This document shows positions 40,401 through 49,080 of a DNA stretch of 64,000 nucleotides, piece after piece. A model generated the notes under the pieces. That model saw only the letters and a list, made by a program, of their open reading frames with translations. It was not told the DNA's origin and searched no databases. The stretch lies in sequence record NC_070992.1; one strand, 5' to 3'. The position numbers and the translations under genes were made by a program. The DNA comes from Escherichia phage Paul. Numbering within the stretch: position 1 is the first letter of the stretch; every line of letters begins with the position of its first letter.

Positions 40401-42245
40401 TTAATGTGTGTGCATCCAGTTAAGCCCAATCTGACAATCAGATGCCAGAGGACATTCCATGTTCAAGTACTCACCAGCCTTCTTAACACAAAGCTCGGTG
40501 TGCTCTTTAAGTTTCTGTACATCATTACGGTTCACTGAGAATTGACCTTCATCATGCATATCAATTACCTTAGCACAACGAACCCCATCCTTCTCAATCC
40601 ACTTGTTAAGGAACATCATAGCATATTTCATAACAACAGCACCGGCACATTGCAGGAGTGTGTTAAGGGCTTTATGAACCATAACTTTACCAGTGGCATC
40701 TCGTCTCATTGTAATCTTACGACCATCAACGCCAATCAAGTATCCCTGAGCAGCCTTTTCTGTCATACGATCAATGAGGATTGCAATACATGGGTTCTCT
40801 GCTAAGAAACGTGCTCGCATCACTGAACCTTCGTCAGCCCCACCACCTACAATTGAACCAAGCTTAGCATCACCAGCACCATAGTTGAATGCATAGATAA
40901 ACGTTTTAGCGTTGTCACGAGTAGGAAGACCAGCAAGTTTCTGGTTGTGAGAGTGAATATCACCTTCAAGGAGGATATCACGATACATAATAGCAGAAGC
41001 TAAACCACGTTCTGCCAGAGCTTTCTTAGCTGGATTATTCTCTTCTATTGCTTCAGCAAGCATGTCCCTACACTCTTTAATGAGGTAGTGTGCAAGCATA
41101 CGCAATTCTAATCCAGAACCATCATACCCCAAGAATACCTCTTTACCAGCGGGTATGTAATATTTGTAAGCACCTACAGGCTTGTCTTTCTTCCCCGGCT
41201 TACCTTTCTCATAAATTACGTTAGTACCTTTTCGTATATAACAACCATCAGGAACAACGTTAGTAATAATGAAAGGACGAGAGTGATCATCATCTGAGTT
41301 ATAGTCAGACTCAAACAGACCGCGACACTCATGACCAAACAAACCACGGGAGGGAATATTAACCACGATACGATGTTTGAATCGAAAAGTCGGCGTAGCG
41401 CAGCTGTTAGCTTCTGCCGAAAGTTTACCATCTTCGCGCTCCTTTGCTATAAGTCCACTAATAAGACCTAGCCTGTGAGCCGCTACAACGCGTCTCTTAA
41501 GCAAACTTCCGACACTCCCTAGCTCACCCCCTAACCCTTCTTCAAGAGTCTCCTCGAGGTTTGTAGGAGCTGTAGGCCACTTGTTTGAGGTAGCTAGTGC
41601 TATCTTAATCTCATCAAAAGTGATAGGTCTACGTCGGTTAGGATTTAAACCTAAACCAAATACATAAGCCTTCATGTAGTTCTTAGTTTTAAACCGAAAA
41701 TGCTTCTCTAAGAACTTTCTAATATCAGCGTCAACCATCTCGGCTGTCTGCTTCTGTTTAGCATTACCTCGCATCCAAGCTGAATACCATGCTTGGTATG
41801 TTCCATACTTCCGCATATCTTTCTTGATTTCAAAAGTATTCCAAGGTTTCTTTGATACGTTAAACTCTGGAGGAAGAAAACCCTCATCCATAAGGGCTTC
41901 TTTAACTCGGGCATCTTTCGATGGGTCAAAGTCTACGTACTCAACACAGGTGAATGCTCCACCAATGTCTTCTCTCTTAAGTCCAACTCTATCACAATAG
42001 GCTTGAGGCCATTTCTGTAAAGCTCCAGACTTCTTAAACGGCTTCATGTAAGTAGAGCCATCTAGTCTCATCTTAGGTAAGAGAGGAATTAATTCTTTGT
42101 CAATATTAACAATAATCTCTTTAAGGAGGTGAACATACCACCGAGCATTTCTTCGGTTGAAACTCACTCCGTGCTTTGCTTGCTTAGAGATTATATCAGC
42201 GACAGTCATCTCTGTCAAAAATGGAAGAGCGTCCGGGTTGCTCAC
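40401..42245 (-). CDS. DNA polymerase, family A polymerase domain only
   Basis: motif A GYDGSGLELR, motif B RDNAKTFIYAFNYGAG, motif C IDMHDE; no 3'-5' exonuclease domain in this ORF. Confidence 0.85.
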   Translation of the reverse strand: MSNPDALPFLTEMTVADIISKQAKHGVSFNRRNARWYVHLLKEIIVNIDKELIPLLPKMRLDGSTYMKPFKKSGALQKWPQAYCDRVGLKREDIGGAFTCVEYVDFDPSKDARVKEALMDEGFLPPEFNVSKKPWNTFEIKKDMRKYGTYQAWYSAWMRGNAKQKQTAEMVDADIRKFLEKHFRFKTKNYMKAYVFGLGLNPNRRRPITFDEIKIALATSNKWPTAPTNLEETLEEGLGGELGSVGSLLKRRVVAAHRLGLISGLIAKEREDGKLSAEANSCATPTFRFKHRIVVNIPSRGLFGHECRGLFESDYNSDDDHSRPFIITNVVPDGCYIRKGTNVIYEKGKPGKKDKPVGAYKYYIPAGKEVFLGYDGSGLELRMLAHYLIKECRDMLAEAIEENNPAKKALAERGLASAIMYRDILLEGDIHSHNQKLAGLPTRDNAKTFIYAFNYGAGDAKLGSIVGGGADEGSVMRARFLAENPCIAILIDRMTEKAAQGYLIGVDGRKITMRRDATGKVMVHKALNTLLQCAGAVVMKYAMMFLNKWIEKDGVRCAKVIDMHDEGQFSVNRNDVQKLKEHTELCVKKAGEYLNMECPLASDCQIGLNWMHTH

Positions 42246-42261
42246 TTTATACTCCTTTAAA

Positions 42262-42684
42262 TTATTGGTAAAGTAAATCTGTAAATGCTTGGTTATCTTC
42301 TATCACATCTAACATGGTAGCTTCGTCACTGTAAGCCCTAACCGTCCCGTTGACAACTGTCCAAGGAGGAGGTGGAGGTGGTGCATGGTTAGCCCTAGCT
42401 TCACGAGGTTGCTCTCGTACTAAATGAGCCACAACCCTTTGATTAGCAACTTCTTCTCTTTCTCGAATAGCTCTTTGGATGTAAGCCAGTTTCATACCCC
42501 AAGCTTCTTCAAATTCTTGAGGGTGTTTATCGCTGATAACCACATACTGACGTTCAGGAATACCAGAGCGAATCTCTGATAATAGTTCATGGAACAGGTC
42601 CAGTTCGTGCTCAGTGAGATTCATTTCAATATCATCCCACTTGAGAACTAGGAAACGGTTTTGGTGTCTAGCTGGTAATGGCAT
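42262..42684 (-). CDS. hypothetical protein with poly-Pro tract (140 aa)
   Basis: ORF; APPPPPPW segment. Confidence 0.4.
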   Translation of the reverse strand: MPLPARHQNRFLVLKWDDIEMNLTEHELDLFHELLSEIRSGIPERQYVVISDKHPQEFEEAWGMKLAYIQRAIREREEVANQRVVAHLVREQPREARANHAPPPPPPWTVVNGTVRAYSDEATMLDVIEDNQAFTDLLYQ

Positions 42685-42847
42685 CCTACTCCACCTCTAC
42701 TTCAATGTAAGTTCTCTCGCCAACATCGTCTTTTAAGACCCATGACTTGGCATCTTCTTCCGACTTAAAAGCTTTCACAACGCTGTATCCACCTTCCCAT
42801 TCATCACCGAACCAGCGCTGTCCTACGTAAATGTATTCTTTCATCAC

Positions 42848-43132
42848 TCAACCTTTCGGGAATGGCATTAAAAATTCTACAGCAGATTTGATTTCGTTAT
42901 TGATTCGTGAATCACGGTAAGAGATAAACTTACCTTTGCTGTCACGTAACATCACATGGGTTCTGGCTGTTTTGTGAGGAAGCAAAGTGATACTGGTTGG
43001 GATAGTATCAATTCCTACAGAGCATGAATTAATAGTCTTACTCTCTACTAGCAGATAAGACCAAGTACGGGGTTTCTGCTCCGGACGGTTGGGGTATGTG
43101 TCTCGAATCTGTACCATAGCTAATTTATTCAT
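42848..43132 (-). CDS. hypothetical protein, paralog family B (94 aa)
   Basis: shares KTARTxVxLR ... GKFISY ... PFPKG with the adjacent gene. Confidence 0.4.
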   Translation of the reverse strand: MNKLAMVQIRDTYPNRPEQKPRTWSYLLVESKTINSCSVGIDTIPTSITLLPHKTARTHVMLRDSKGKFISYRDSRINNEIKSAVEFLMPFPKG

Positions 43133-43133
43133 A

Positions 43134-43388
43134 TTAAACTCCTTTAGGGAATGGGATGAGATTTTCTACTGCAACACGAAAAGATTTTTCTACGTTCTTA
43201 TTCTTATAAGAAATGAATTTACCATCAGCACCACGAAGGATTACATTAGTGCGAGCTGTTTTAGGGTTAATCTCAATCATCCGTTCGATGACCTTGTTTG
43301 ATTTGTTGTGGTGGTTAGTGAAAGTCCACTTAACAATCTTGCCATCTCTGGTTACATCAAAAATATTTACGATTTTTACAATAGACAT
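43134..43388 (-). CDS. hypothetical protein, paralog family B (84 aa)
   Basis: tandem paralog of 42848-43132. Confidence 0.4.
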   Translation of the reverse strand: MSIVKIVNIFDVTRDGKIVKWTFTNHHNKSNKVIERMIEINPKTARTNVILRGADGKFISYKNKNVEKSFRVAVENLIPFPKGV

Positions 43389-43412
43389 ATTTATTACCTA
43401 GGAAATTTAATT

Positions 43413-43440
43413 TGGTTTATATAAAAGAAAAGGCCACCCA
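43413..43440 (-). terminator. intrinsic terminator-like hairpin
   Basis: minus-strand GGCTACCC-AAAT-GGGTGGCC followed by TTTTCTTTT. Confidence 0.45.
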
Positions 43441-43456
43441 TTTGGGTAGCCTCATA

Positions 43457-43774
43457 TTACGATGAGCTTAAAGCTCCTTTGCGTGCTCCAGCTGCTTTTC
43501 CAGCTCGATCACCACTTTTGCCGCCGTTTGAACGGTTTGAGCTGACTGATTCAACACGTAAGTTGCTTGACGCATTAGAACCTCCAGACTTGACAGCTCG
43601 TTTGTGTCCAACGTCTTTACCTCTGACAGCAGCTTTTCCATCGCGCTTTTCAACGATGCGACGTGCACGGTGGCGCTGAGCATCTCCGCTCTTGCTCCCA
43701 ATTCCCGTTTCACCGCGCTTGATCGCAGTTCTTCTTTCTTGTGCATAATCTCTCTTTCCTACATGGTCTGCCAT
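43457..43774 (-). CDS. basic low-complexity protein (105 aa), possible nucleic-acid-binding
   Basis: SD AAGGAG 6 nt upstream of ATG; K/R/G/S-rich; third-position usage matches the genome; flanked by TAATGTATA motif and terminator. Confidence 0.45.
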   Translation of the reverse strand: MADHVGKRDYAQERRTAIKRGETGIGSKSGDAQRHRARRIVEKRDGKAAVRGKDVGHKRAVKSGGSNASSNLRVESVSSNRSNGGKSGDRAGKAAGARKGALSSS

Positions 43775-43810
43775 TTAGAACTCCTTAATATATCAGTGTA
43801 CACTAAGGAG

Positions 43811-43819
43811 TATACATTA
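43811..43819 (-). promoter_or_regulatory. TAATGTATA motif, candidate phage-sigma promoter element
   Basis: exact 9-mer on minus strand 37 nt upstream of the ATG at 43774. Confidence 0.45.
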
Positions 43820-43828
43820 TGGATGCTA

Positions 43829-44077
43829 TTAAAACTCTGCTAAGTATTTAATATCAGAGGCATATACCTCATCAAAGGAAATAACTTCTCCGTTGTAAAT
43901 AAGTTCTATCTTCAGTATACCAGAGCATTTGGTGTCTTTAGAGTCAACTCTGATAGAGAGCTTATTAACTATCTGAGCTTTAATCTCTTCTATCATTAAC
44001 TCTTGGTTATTATTCACTCCACCCTCCCGGTGGTACAAAACCCTCAGGAACGTCAATGATAGTAGGTTCTCCATCAT
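43829..44077 (-). CDS. hypothetical protein (start uncertain)
   Basis: ORF; 5' end overlaps 44010-44195 so the true start may be internal. Confidence 0.25.
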   Translation of the reverse strand: MMENLLSLTFLRVLYHREGGVNNNQELMIEEIKAQIVNKLSIRVDSKDTKCSGILKIELIYNGEVISFDEVYASDIKYLAEF

Positions 44078-44195
44078 TCATGCAGGTGTCTTCATTGAAC
44101 TCTTCACACTCAAAACATGCTCGTTCGATATTTTTGTAGAAGTCGATGGTTGATGAACCATCACCACAATCTCGGATAACTAAAGCGACTTTCAT
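44010..44195 (-). CDS. hypothetical Cys-containing protein (61 aa)
   Basis: start overlaps PhoH stop (coupling). Confidence 0.3.
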   Translation of the reverse strand: MKVALVIRDCGDGSSTIDFYKNIERACFECEEFNEDTCMNDGEPTIIDVPEGFVPPGGWSE

Positions 44196-44923
44196 TTATC
44201 TTGTTCCTTTTCCATAGCTTTAACAATAGCTTTACAGAAACCAGAACGAACAATGTCATCCGATTCGCCGTCTACAATCTCAGCGAACTCATACAGATCA
44301 TGTTCATCAATAAAGTTAGTAGCCCAAGTAAGACCGCTCTCACGACCACGCATATCATGCTGGTTAGTATCACCCATACAGAACAGCTGAGAGGTTTCTC
44401 CCAATCGAGTCATGATTGAGAAGGCTTCATCTTTAGTGGTGTTCTGGAACTCATCAACGATAACGATAGCATCATTGAAAGAACGACCACGGAGATACTC
44501 CAGAGGTACGAACTCAATGTTACTGTTACCGAGCTGGCATTCATAGAACCCCTTACCATATCGCTGAGTAATAACATCAATGATAGGCATCAGGTAAGGT
44601 TCAAACTTCTCGCGCATCCCTCCCGGAAGTAACCCAAGAGAATTACCCATGCCGACCGAAGGGCGACTCAGGATGATCTTCTGAATCTTACCACTCTTTA
44701 GTGCATCAATAACCGTGGAAGTGATTACAAAGGTCTTACCACAGCCCGCAGGAGCGTCTGTGAACACAACTTGTTTAGTCTTGATAGCATTTAGTAGTTC
44801 AGACTGAAACTGGTTCTGAGGTACTACAGGCTTCGCTAAAACCACTTCTTCAAACTCTCGCTTACCTTTACGAGTGACAAGTGCTTCCCGACGAAGATCT
44901 TTCCGTGATTGACGACGACTCAT
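44192..44923 (-). CDS. phoH: PhoH-like ATPase
   Basis: Walker A GCGKTFV and overall PhoH-like pattern. Confidence 0.8.
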   Translation of the reverse strand: MSRRQSRKDLRREALVTRKGKREFEEVVLAKPVVPQNQFQSELLNAIKTKQVVFTDAPAGCGKTFVITSTVIDALKSGKIQKIILSRPSVGMGNSLGLLPGGMREKFEPYLMPIIDVITQRYGKGFYECQLGNSNIEFVPLEYLRGRSFNDAIVIVDEFQNTTKDEAFSIMTRLGETSQLFCMGDTNQHDMRGRESGLTWATNFIDEHDLYEFAEIVDGESDDIVRSGFCKAIVKAMEKEQDK

Positions 44924-45117
44924 TTACGCTCTCCAATTTCTTCGTAATGACATTCAGTAGTTAAACAATCTTTACAGATTGCTGTATAAACCCTGACGTT
45001 AGTAAATCGTTTGTTCTTCCCTTTGGTTGGAGAGCCTTTGGCAAGCTCTCTGATAACCTTGTTACTTAAATGAAGGTTTGTCCCTTCACATTTAGAGCAC
45101 TTCACCACAATGTCCAT
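44920..45117 (-). CDS. small zinc-ribbon protein (65 aa)
   Basis: CSKC ... CKDC Cys pairs. Confidence 0.4.
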   Translation of the reverse strand: MDIVVKCSKCEGTNLHLSNKVIRELAKGSPTKGKNKRFTNVRVYTAICKDCLTTECHYEEIGERK

Positions 45118-45302
45118 TCAGTAAGAGACCACAGAGAGTCACCTATGTGGGCATTGTCATTCCTGATGAGGTCTTTGATTTTATCAACATCAGTTAAGTG
45201 AGTCACATTCAAAACATCCTCAACATCCGGGGCATATTTAAATATGGCAACAATACTGTTGTGATCTTCAGCATATCTTTCTAGAACATAAACTACGCTC
45301 AT
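45102..45302 (-). CDS. hypothetical protein (66 aa)
   Basis: ORF only. Confidence 0.3.
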   Translation of the reverse strand: MSVVYVLERYAEDHNSIVAIFKYAPDVEDVLNVTHLTDVDKIKDLIRNDNAHIGDSLWSLTEWTLW

Positions 45303-45443
45303 GCGAAATCCTCTAACTTCGTAGAGAGTTTAATGATGCTGTTAATACTAATAATCTGATCTTGAGAAAGAATTCTACCTTTCATTTTACGGGACATCTT
45401 TCTTTTTGATCGTCTTTCTTGATAGAATCGGTTCTTTAAAGTC

Positions 45444-45767
45444 TTAACCATGACGTACACCTGTTTTAAGTCTGTAAACAGATAGGGCCATACAGGCCAC
45501 TGTTTCACTGTGTGGGAGATGCATTCCTGTAGAACCATCCCAGTCTTTGAACTCTTTGTCAAAGACTCCGGTAGGCTCTGGATACAAGGCTTGCAACTCA
45601 ACCAAATCATTAGCAACTTGTTGCCATTTATCATCAGACCAGATAGGGTCATCCAACCAGTAATACAAATAGGAATGGATGATCAATTGCCTTCTGTGCC
45701 GATTAATTACTTCAGCGGGACTTATTTCACTTCCATTTGAAGTCCTAAATGTATTACTGTCGATCAT
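45444..45767 (-). CDS. hypothetical protein resembling the N-terminal Ia domain of NAD-dependent DNA ligase (107 aa)
   Basis: HSYLYYWLDDPIWSDDKWQQVANDLVELQALYPE resembles the LigA Ia pattern YLYxVxDxPxIxDxEYDxLxxELxELExxxPE. Confidence 0.35.
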   Translation of the reverse strand: MIDSNTFRTSNGSEISPAEVINRHRRQLIIHSYLYYWLDDPIWSDDKWQQVANDLVELQALYPEPTGVFDKEFKDWDGSTGMHLPHSETVACMALSVYRLKTGVRHG

Positions 45768-45970
45768 TATGAAAATTTCCGTTCCGTTAAAAAGTACTGA
45801 ACTTCATTATCTGGAGACCAAACCTTTTCTCCATTTACCAATTTCTTAGCATCTTCATACGAAGCACAATCCAAAGCAGGGTTATCAGGTGTCGGTTTCC
45901 CTAGGAAATATTTCCAAGTCCAACGCTCTCCGTCATCATCTTGACAGTCAAGAGTCCATAATGTTTTCAT
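45767..45970 (-). CDS. hypothetical protein (67 aa)
   Basis: ORF only. Confidence 0.3.
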   Translation of the reverse strand: MKTLWTLDCQDDDGERWTWKYFLGKPTPDNPALDCASYEDAKKLVNGEKVWSPDNEVQYFLTERKFS

Positions 45971-46221
45971 TTCACAACCTTAAATTTGAATGTTGTTGGG
46001 TGGTAATAATGCAACCTATTGATAGTGTGCTTTGTTTCAAGGTATGTCCTACAGGAGTGGCACATAACATGAGACAAACCAGTCACAGGATTGGGCTTAA
46101 AATTGATGATCGGCTTTTCTTTCTTACAGAAGCTACAGACTTTCTTTTCCATCTTTTCTCCAGTGGTCAACGAATTGCTGAAACACTTTATGTTCGAATG
46201 TGAAACTTCGAGCAATCCCAC
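45967..46221 (-). CDS. small zinc-ribbon protein (start uncertain)
   Basis: CSFCK ... CHSC Cys pairs; 5' end overlaps the upstream ORF. Confidence 0.3.
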   Translation of the reverse strand: MGLLEVSHSNIKCFSNSLTTGEKMEKKVCSFCKKEKPIINFKPNPVTGLSHVMCHSCRTYLETKHTINRLHYYHPTTFKFKVVK

Positions 46222-46366
46222 ACTCTATGAAAGTAGAAGGCATATAGTCTACATCATCTTTAGATGTATGACCATAAACTTGAATAAGCTTTTTAATTTT
46301 ATCCTTCTCTCTTCGAGGAAGCATTCTAAATGCCTCCTGAATATCTGTAATATGTTTGATTTTCAT
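46133..46366 (-). CDS. hypothetical protein (77 aa)
   Basis: ORF only. Confidence 0.3.
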   Translation of the reverse strand: MKIKHITDIQEAFRMLPRREKDKIKKLIQVYGHTSKDDVDYMPSTFIECGIARSFTFEHKVFQQFVDHWRKDGKESL

Positions 46367-46512
46367 CAGAAATTCCTGCTAATCCTCTGGATTATGAGAA
46401 CAGCAATACTCACATACTCCGCAACATGGACAAATTTCTACACTTGGGTCATATGCGTCATCAACTGTCATCCCACACTTGGTGCAGAACACGTCATCAT
46501 CTTCTTCCAATA

Positions 46513-47169
46513 TTAACTCTCCAAAGTTTTCTTCAGGGCTGCCCATGAGATTGGGTAGAGCTTAGCCATCTCTTCGTCTAGGGATTTAGCAAATACTCGA
46601 ACTTCGTATTGAGCGTGAGAGGAGAGTCGCTGACGACACAACTCAAACCAGCCATACAAAGAACCAGTCCACACCCACTCAGTGATCATCCCCTGAGGTA
46701 GTACAAATCGGGCTTGCTCTGGTGCAATAAACTCAATCAACTTGTCATATGCTGCTAGAGAAGCTTCATATGCATCGTTAATTAACATTAATGCTTCAGC
46801 TCGCTCTCCGTCGATGAGCTGAACCCCTGAACCTGCATGGAGGTCCGAAGGTCTCGCAAAAATCTCTTTAGGGATGAAGACTTCAACTGCTCCATCTTTA
46901 TACCGCCGGGACATTTCGTTCCACGAGAATCCAACCTGATGCTTGCCCAGCTGTCTCGCAATTGCGATAGGTGCTTTGCATCGGAAACTGACTTGCGGGT
47001 GTCGGAATGGGGTAACATGCTTCTCTCTTGCGAGGAAGTTGATGAGACGTTCATCACGTTCATTTAAATCACCTTCACGGGTTACGCCAAAGGAAACTCG
47101 AGCTGCGTTTACTACGCTACGATCACTTCCCATAGCTTCGATTAATGTTGCTTGTAATTGTTCATTCAT
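46513..47169 (-). CDS. thyX: flavin-dependent thymidylate synthase ThyX-like
   Basis: HVTPFRH ... KAPIAIARQ ... NEMSRRY aligns with the ThyX core; the expected RHR signature reads KHQ. Confidence 0.75.
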   Translation of the reverse strand: MNEQLQATLIEAMGSDRSVVNAARVSFGVTREGDLNERDERLINFLAREKHVTPFRHPQVSFRCKAPIAIARQLGKHQVGFSWNEMSRRYKDGAVEVFIPKEIFARPSDLHAGSGVQLIDGERAEALMLINDAYEASLAAYDKLIEFIAPEQARFVLPQGMITEWVWTGSLYGWFELCRQRLSSHAQYEVRVFAKSLDEEMAKLYPISWAALKKTLES

Positions 47170-47184
47170 CCGTGAATTTCCTTA

Positions 47185-47394
47185 TTAATATTCCTTGATT
47201 GGGGATACCACAAAACCACCAAGAGGTGAGGTAAAAGATTTATGTAAGCTTATTTTGCTATAAATCTTTGGAGCCATCTTAAGAGCCTTCTTAAAACGAC
47301 GAGCATCTTTACGAGTAGCAAAATGCTCTGTAACAGGTATAGAATGGTCTTGGTAGATACAATACATCACCGTCCAGTATTTTCCCATAATCAA
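47185..47394 (-). CDS. small protein, paralog family A (69 aa)
   Basis: shares TRxxARxFKK core and C-terminal aromatic/Tyr end with 48871-49486 ORFs. Confidence 0.4.
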   Translation of the reverse strand: MIMGKYWTVMYCIYQDHSIPVTEHFATRKDARRFKKALKMAPKIYSKISLHKSFTSPLGGFVVSPIKEY

Positions 47395-47663
47395 ACACCT
47401 AGTGCAGTAGTTAAAAATGCTTTCAGGTTTGCCTCAGTCTGCATACCAGAGAGGCTGTAGTGTGCACCACTGTTACGGTCAGGTACGACGAAAGCAGGTA
47501 TGCTTCGTACACCATATTTAACAGCTTGTTCACGACCATCTCCTTCAAGGATGTTAATCTCTTCCACTTCTACATCAAACTCCCTAACAACCTTCTCAAA
47601 GGTAGGAGCCATTGCTTTACATGGAGCACACTGATCACTATAAAACTTAATTACTTTAGACAT
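47391..47663 (-). CDS. thioredoxin-like protein
   Basis: CAPC active-site CxxC near N-terminus, thioredoxin-fold length. Confidence 0.65.
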   Translation of the reverse strand: MSKVIKFYSDQCAPCKAMAPTFEKVVREFDVEVEEINILEGDGREQAVKYGVRSIPAFVVPDRNSGAHYSLSGMQTEANLKAFLTTALGV

Positions 47664-47671
47664 ATAAATCC

Positions 47672-47851
47672 TTATGCGGTCAGGATGTGAAGCAGGAATG
47701 GGATAACAACAGCTACGATAACCATGATAGTTGATGCTGTTTGAATCTCACCTTTCTTATCAGGAGTTTCTTCAATAAGCTTACCAGAAGCCCAATAAAT
47801 ACCACCACCAATAAAGATAGCCCAAATACCCCATACGATTGCTGATAACAT
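47672..47851 (-). CDS. small two-TM membrane protein (59 aa), holin-like candidate
   Basis: unlisted ORF; SD AGGA; two hydrophobic helices LSAIVWGIWAIFIGGGIYWA and TIMVIVAVVIPFLLHIL. Confidence 0.3.
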   Translation of the reverse strand: MLSAIVWGIWAIFIGGGIYWASGKLIEETPDKKGEIQTASTIMVIVAVVIPFLLHILTA

Positions 47852-47912
47852 ATATCTATATCCTTATAAATAAGTTCGCCCCACCTCGGGTTAGGAGACA
47901 GGGCGGAGGTTT

Positions 47913-48476
47913 TTAGTAAGACACATCACCACTTGAATGGGACATGTTGCTCTTGACGAAGTAACAATACTTGCCAAGACCTTCATTAATTTCTTGAAGC
48001 ATACTCTGATCGACAGGGTAGGAGGCTAAATCACCATCAAACTCATCCATCTTCTCAATAATACACATCAAGGTCATGCACATATCAGAGAGCATACCAT
48101 CCATATCTAGATCAGCATTCCCCTCTGAGAACCAAGCGTGGGATAGGTAGTTAGCTGCTGTAGCATCCACTTTAACACAGTGGTAACGCATACGTTCAGC
48201 AATACGATCTCCTACTTGTCGTGCGTAATCTTCCAGCTCATCAAACATACCATGAACACCCTGAAATCCTGCACCAGAGACGTTCCAGTGGTAGTTTTTA
48301 GCTTTGATATGCAAGAGTTCCATGTTAGCTTGTAAGCAGCTCAGGATGTGTTCTATGCTGTTTCCACTAATCATGCCTTGCATCGTTTCAAGGCGAGAGA
48401 TTGATAGGTCGGACCGGTCTAACATACTATAGCTGTCACGACCAATATCAGGTAAATCAAAGACATTCTTATGCAT
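47913..48476 (-). CDS. Dps / ferritin-like protein
   Basis: KNYHWNVSGAGFQGVHGMFDELEDYARQVGDRIAERM matches the Dps ferroxidase-helix pattern; start set at ATG 48476 to avoid overlap. Confidence 0.5.
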   Translation of the reverse strand: MHKNVFDLPDIGRDSYSMLDRSDLSISRLETMQGMISGNSIEHILSCLQANMELLHIKAKNYHWNVSGAGFQGVHGMFDELEDYARQVGDRIAERMRYHCVKVDATAANYLSHAWFSEGNADLDMDGMLSDMCMTLMCIIEKMDEFDGDLASYPVDQSMLQEINEGLGKYCYFVKSNMSHSSGDVSY

Positions 48477-48798
48477 TTGGGTTTTCTCCATCAAGTTCAA
48501 CTGAGTTAGCAACGTTACGTGCAATATTATCCATTACCTGCTGGGTAATTACGATGCAGTTCTGTGGGTCTACTGACTTAGAACGCCCCATTTCAGGGTC
48601 ATACACCTTAACACGCTTAGCAGTTGAACCTGTAACCTGAAGAACCTTCAATAGATATCCCTGATTACCAATAGACCAAGCAACAACATCACGATTCTTG
48701 ATAAAGCGACCAAGCATATCACGATGATAAAACTGTTGCATCACCTTGGATTTTGTAATCTCTTCAGTGGGCGGGGCCACTTTACTCAAATCTAACAT
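48469..48798 (-). CDS. hypothetical protein (109 aa)
   Basis: ORF; near-match AAATGTATA motif about 40 nt upstream at 48838-48846. Confidence 0.35.
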   Translation of the reverse strand: MLDLSKVAPPTEEITKSKVMQQFYHRDMLGRFIKNRDVVAWSIGNQGYLLKVLQVTGSTAKRVKVYDPEMGRSKSVDPQNCIVITQQVMDNIARNVANSVELDGENPNA

Positions 48799-48870
48799 AA
48801 CTCTCTCCTGTAAAATACAAATTCTTATTGTACTCTATATACATTTGAGAGTTACCATATCTACTACCAA

Positions 48871-49080
48871 TTAGTAGTAAACTACTTTAGACATAAAAGA
48901 ACCCGAGCTAGGGTCTTCGTACCAGCGATGAATGTCAGCACTTTTAACAGTTCCTATTAGAGCTTTCATATTCTTTTTAGCGACACGAGCCTCTTTGCGA
49001 GTGTTAAACAGTTTGATATTATCTTTACCTAAGTGTTGTTTCTGTTCCCAGACAACACGAATAGCCCACATCTTTTTCAT
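48871..49080 (-). CDS. small protein, paralog family A (69 aa)
   Basis: tandem paralog; ATGA-type junctions. Confidence 0.4.
   Translation of the reverse strand: MKKMWAIRVVWEQKQHLGKDNIKLFNTRKEARVAKKNMKALIGTVKSADIHRWYEDPSSGSFMSKVVYY

Noticed and set aside
43468-43746. 92-aa ORF overlapping the basic protein gene in another frame
   Set aside because: Weak SD and G-rich third codon positions atypical for this genome; the 105-aa frame has a strong SD and matching codon usage
45299-45652. 117-aa ORF overlapping 45444-45767 in another frame
   Set aside because: N-terminal two-thirds look like out-of-frame translation of the neighbouring gene; only the last about 50 codons (from ATG near 45451) could be a real small ORF
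46370-46510. Cys-rich micro-ORF between 46133-46366 and thyX
   Set aside because: Only about 30-43 codons depending on start, no clear SD; may be real but is below what can be supported
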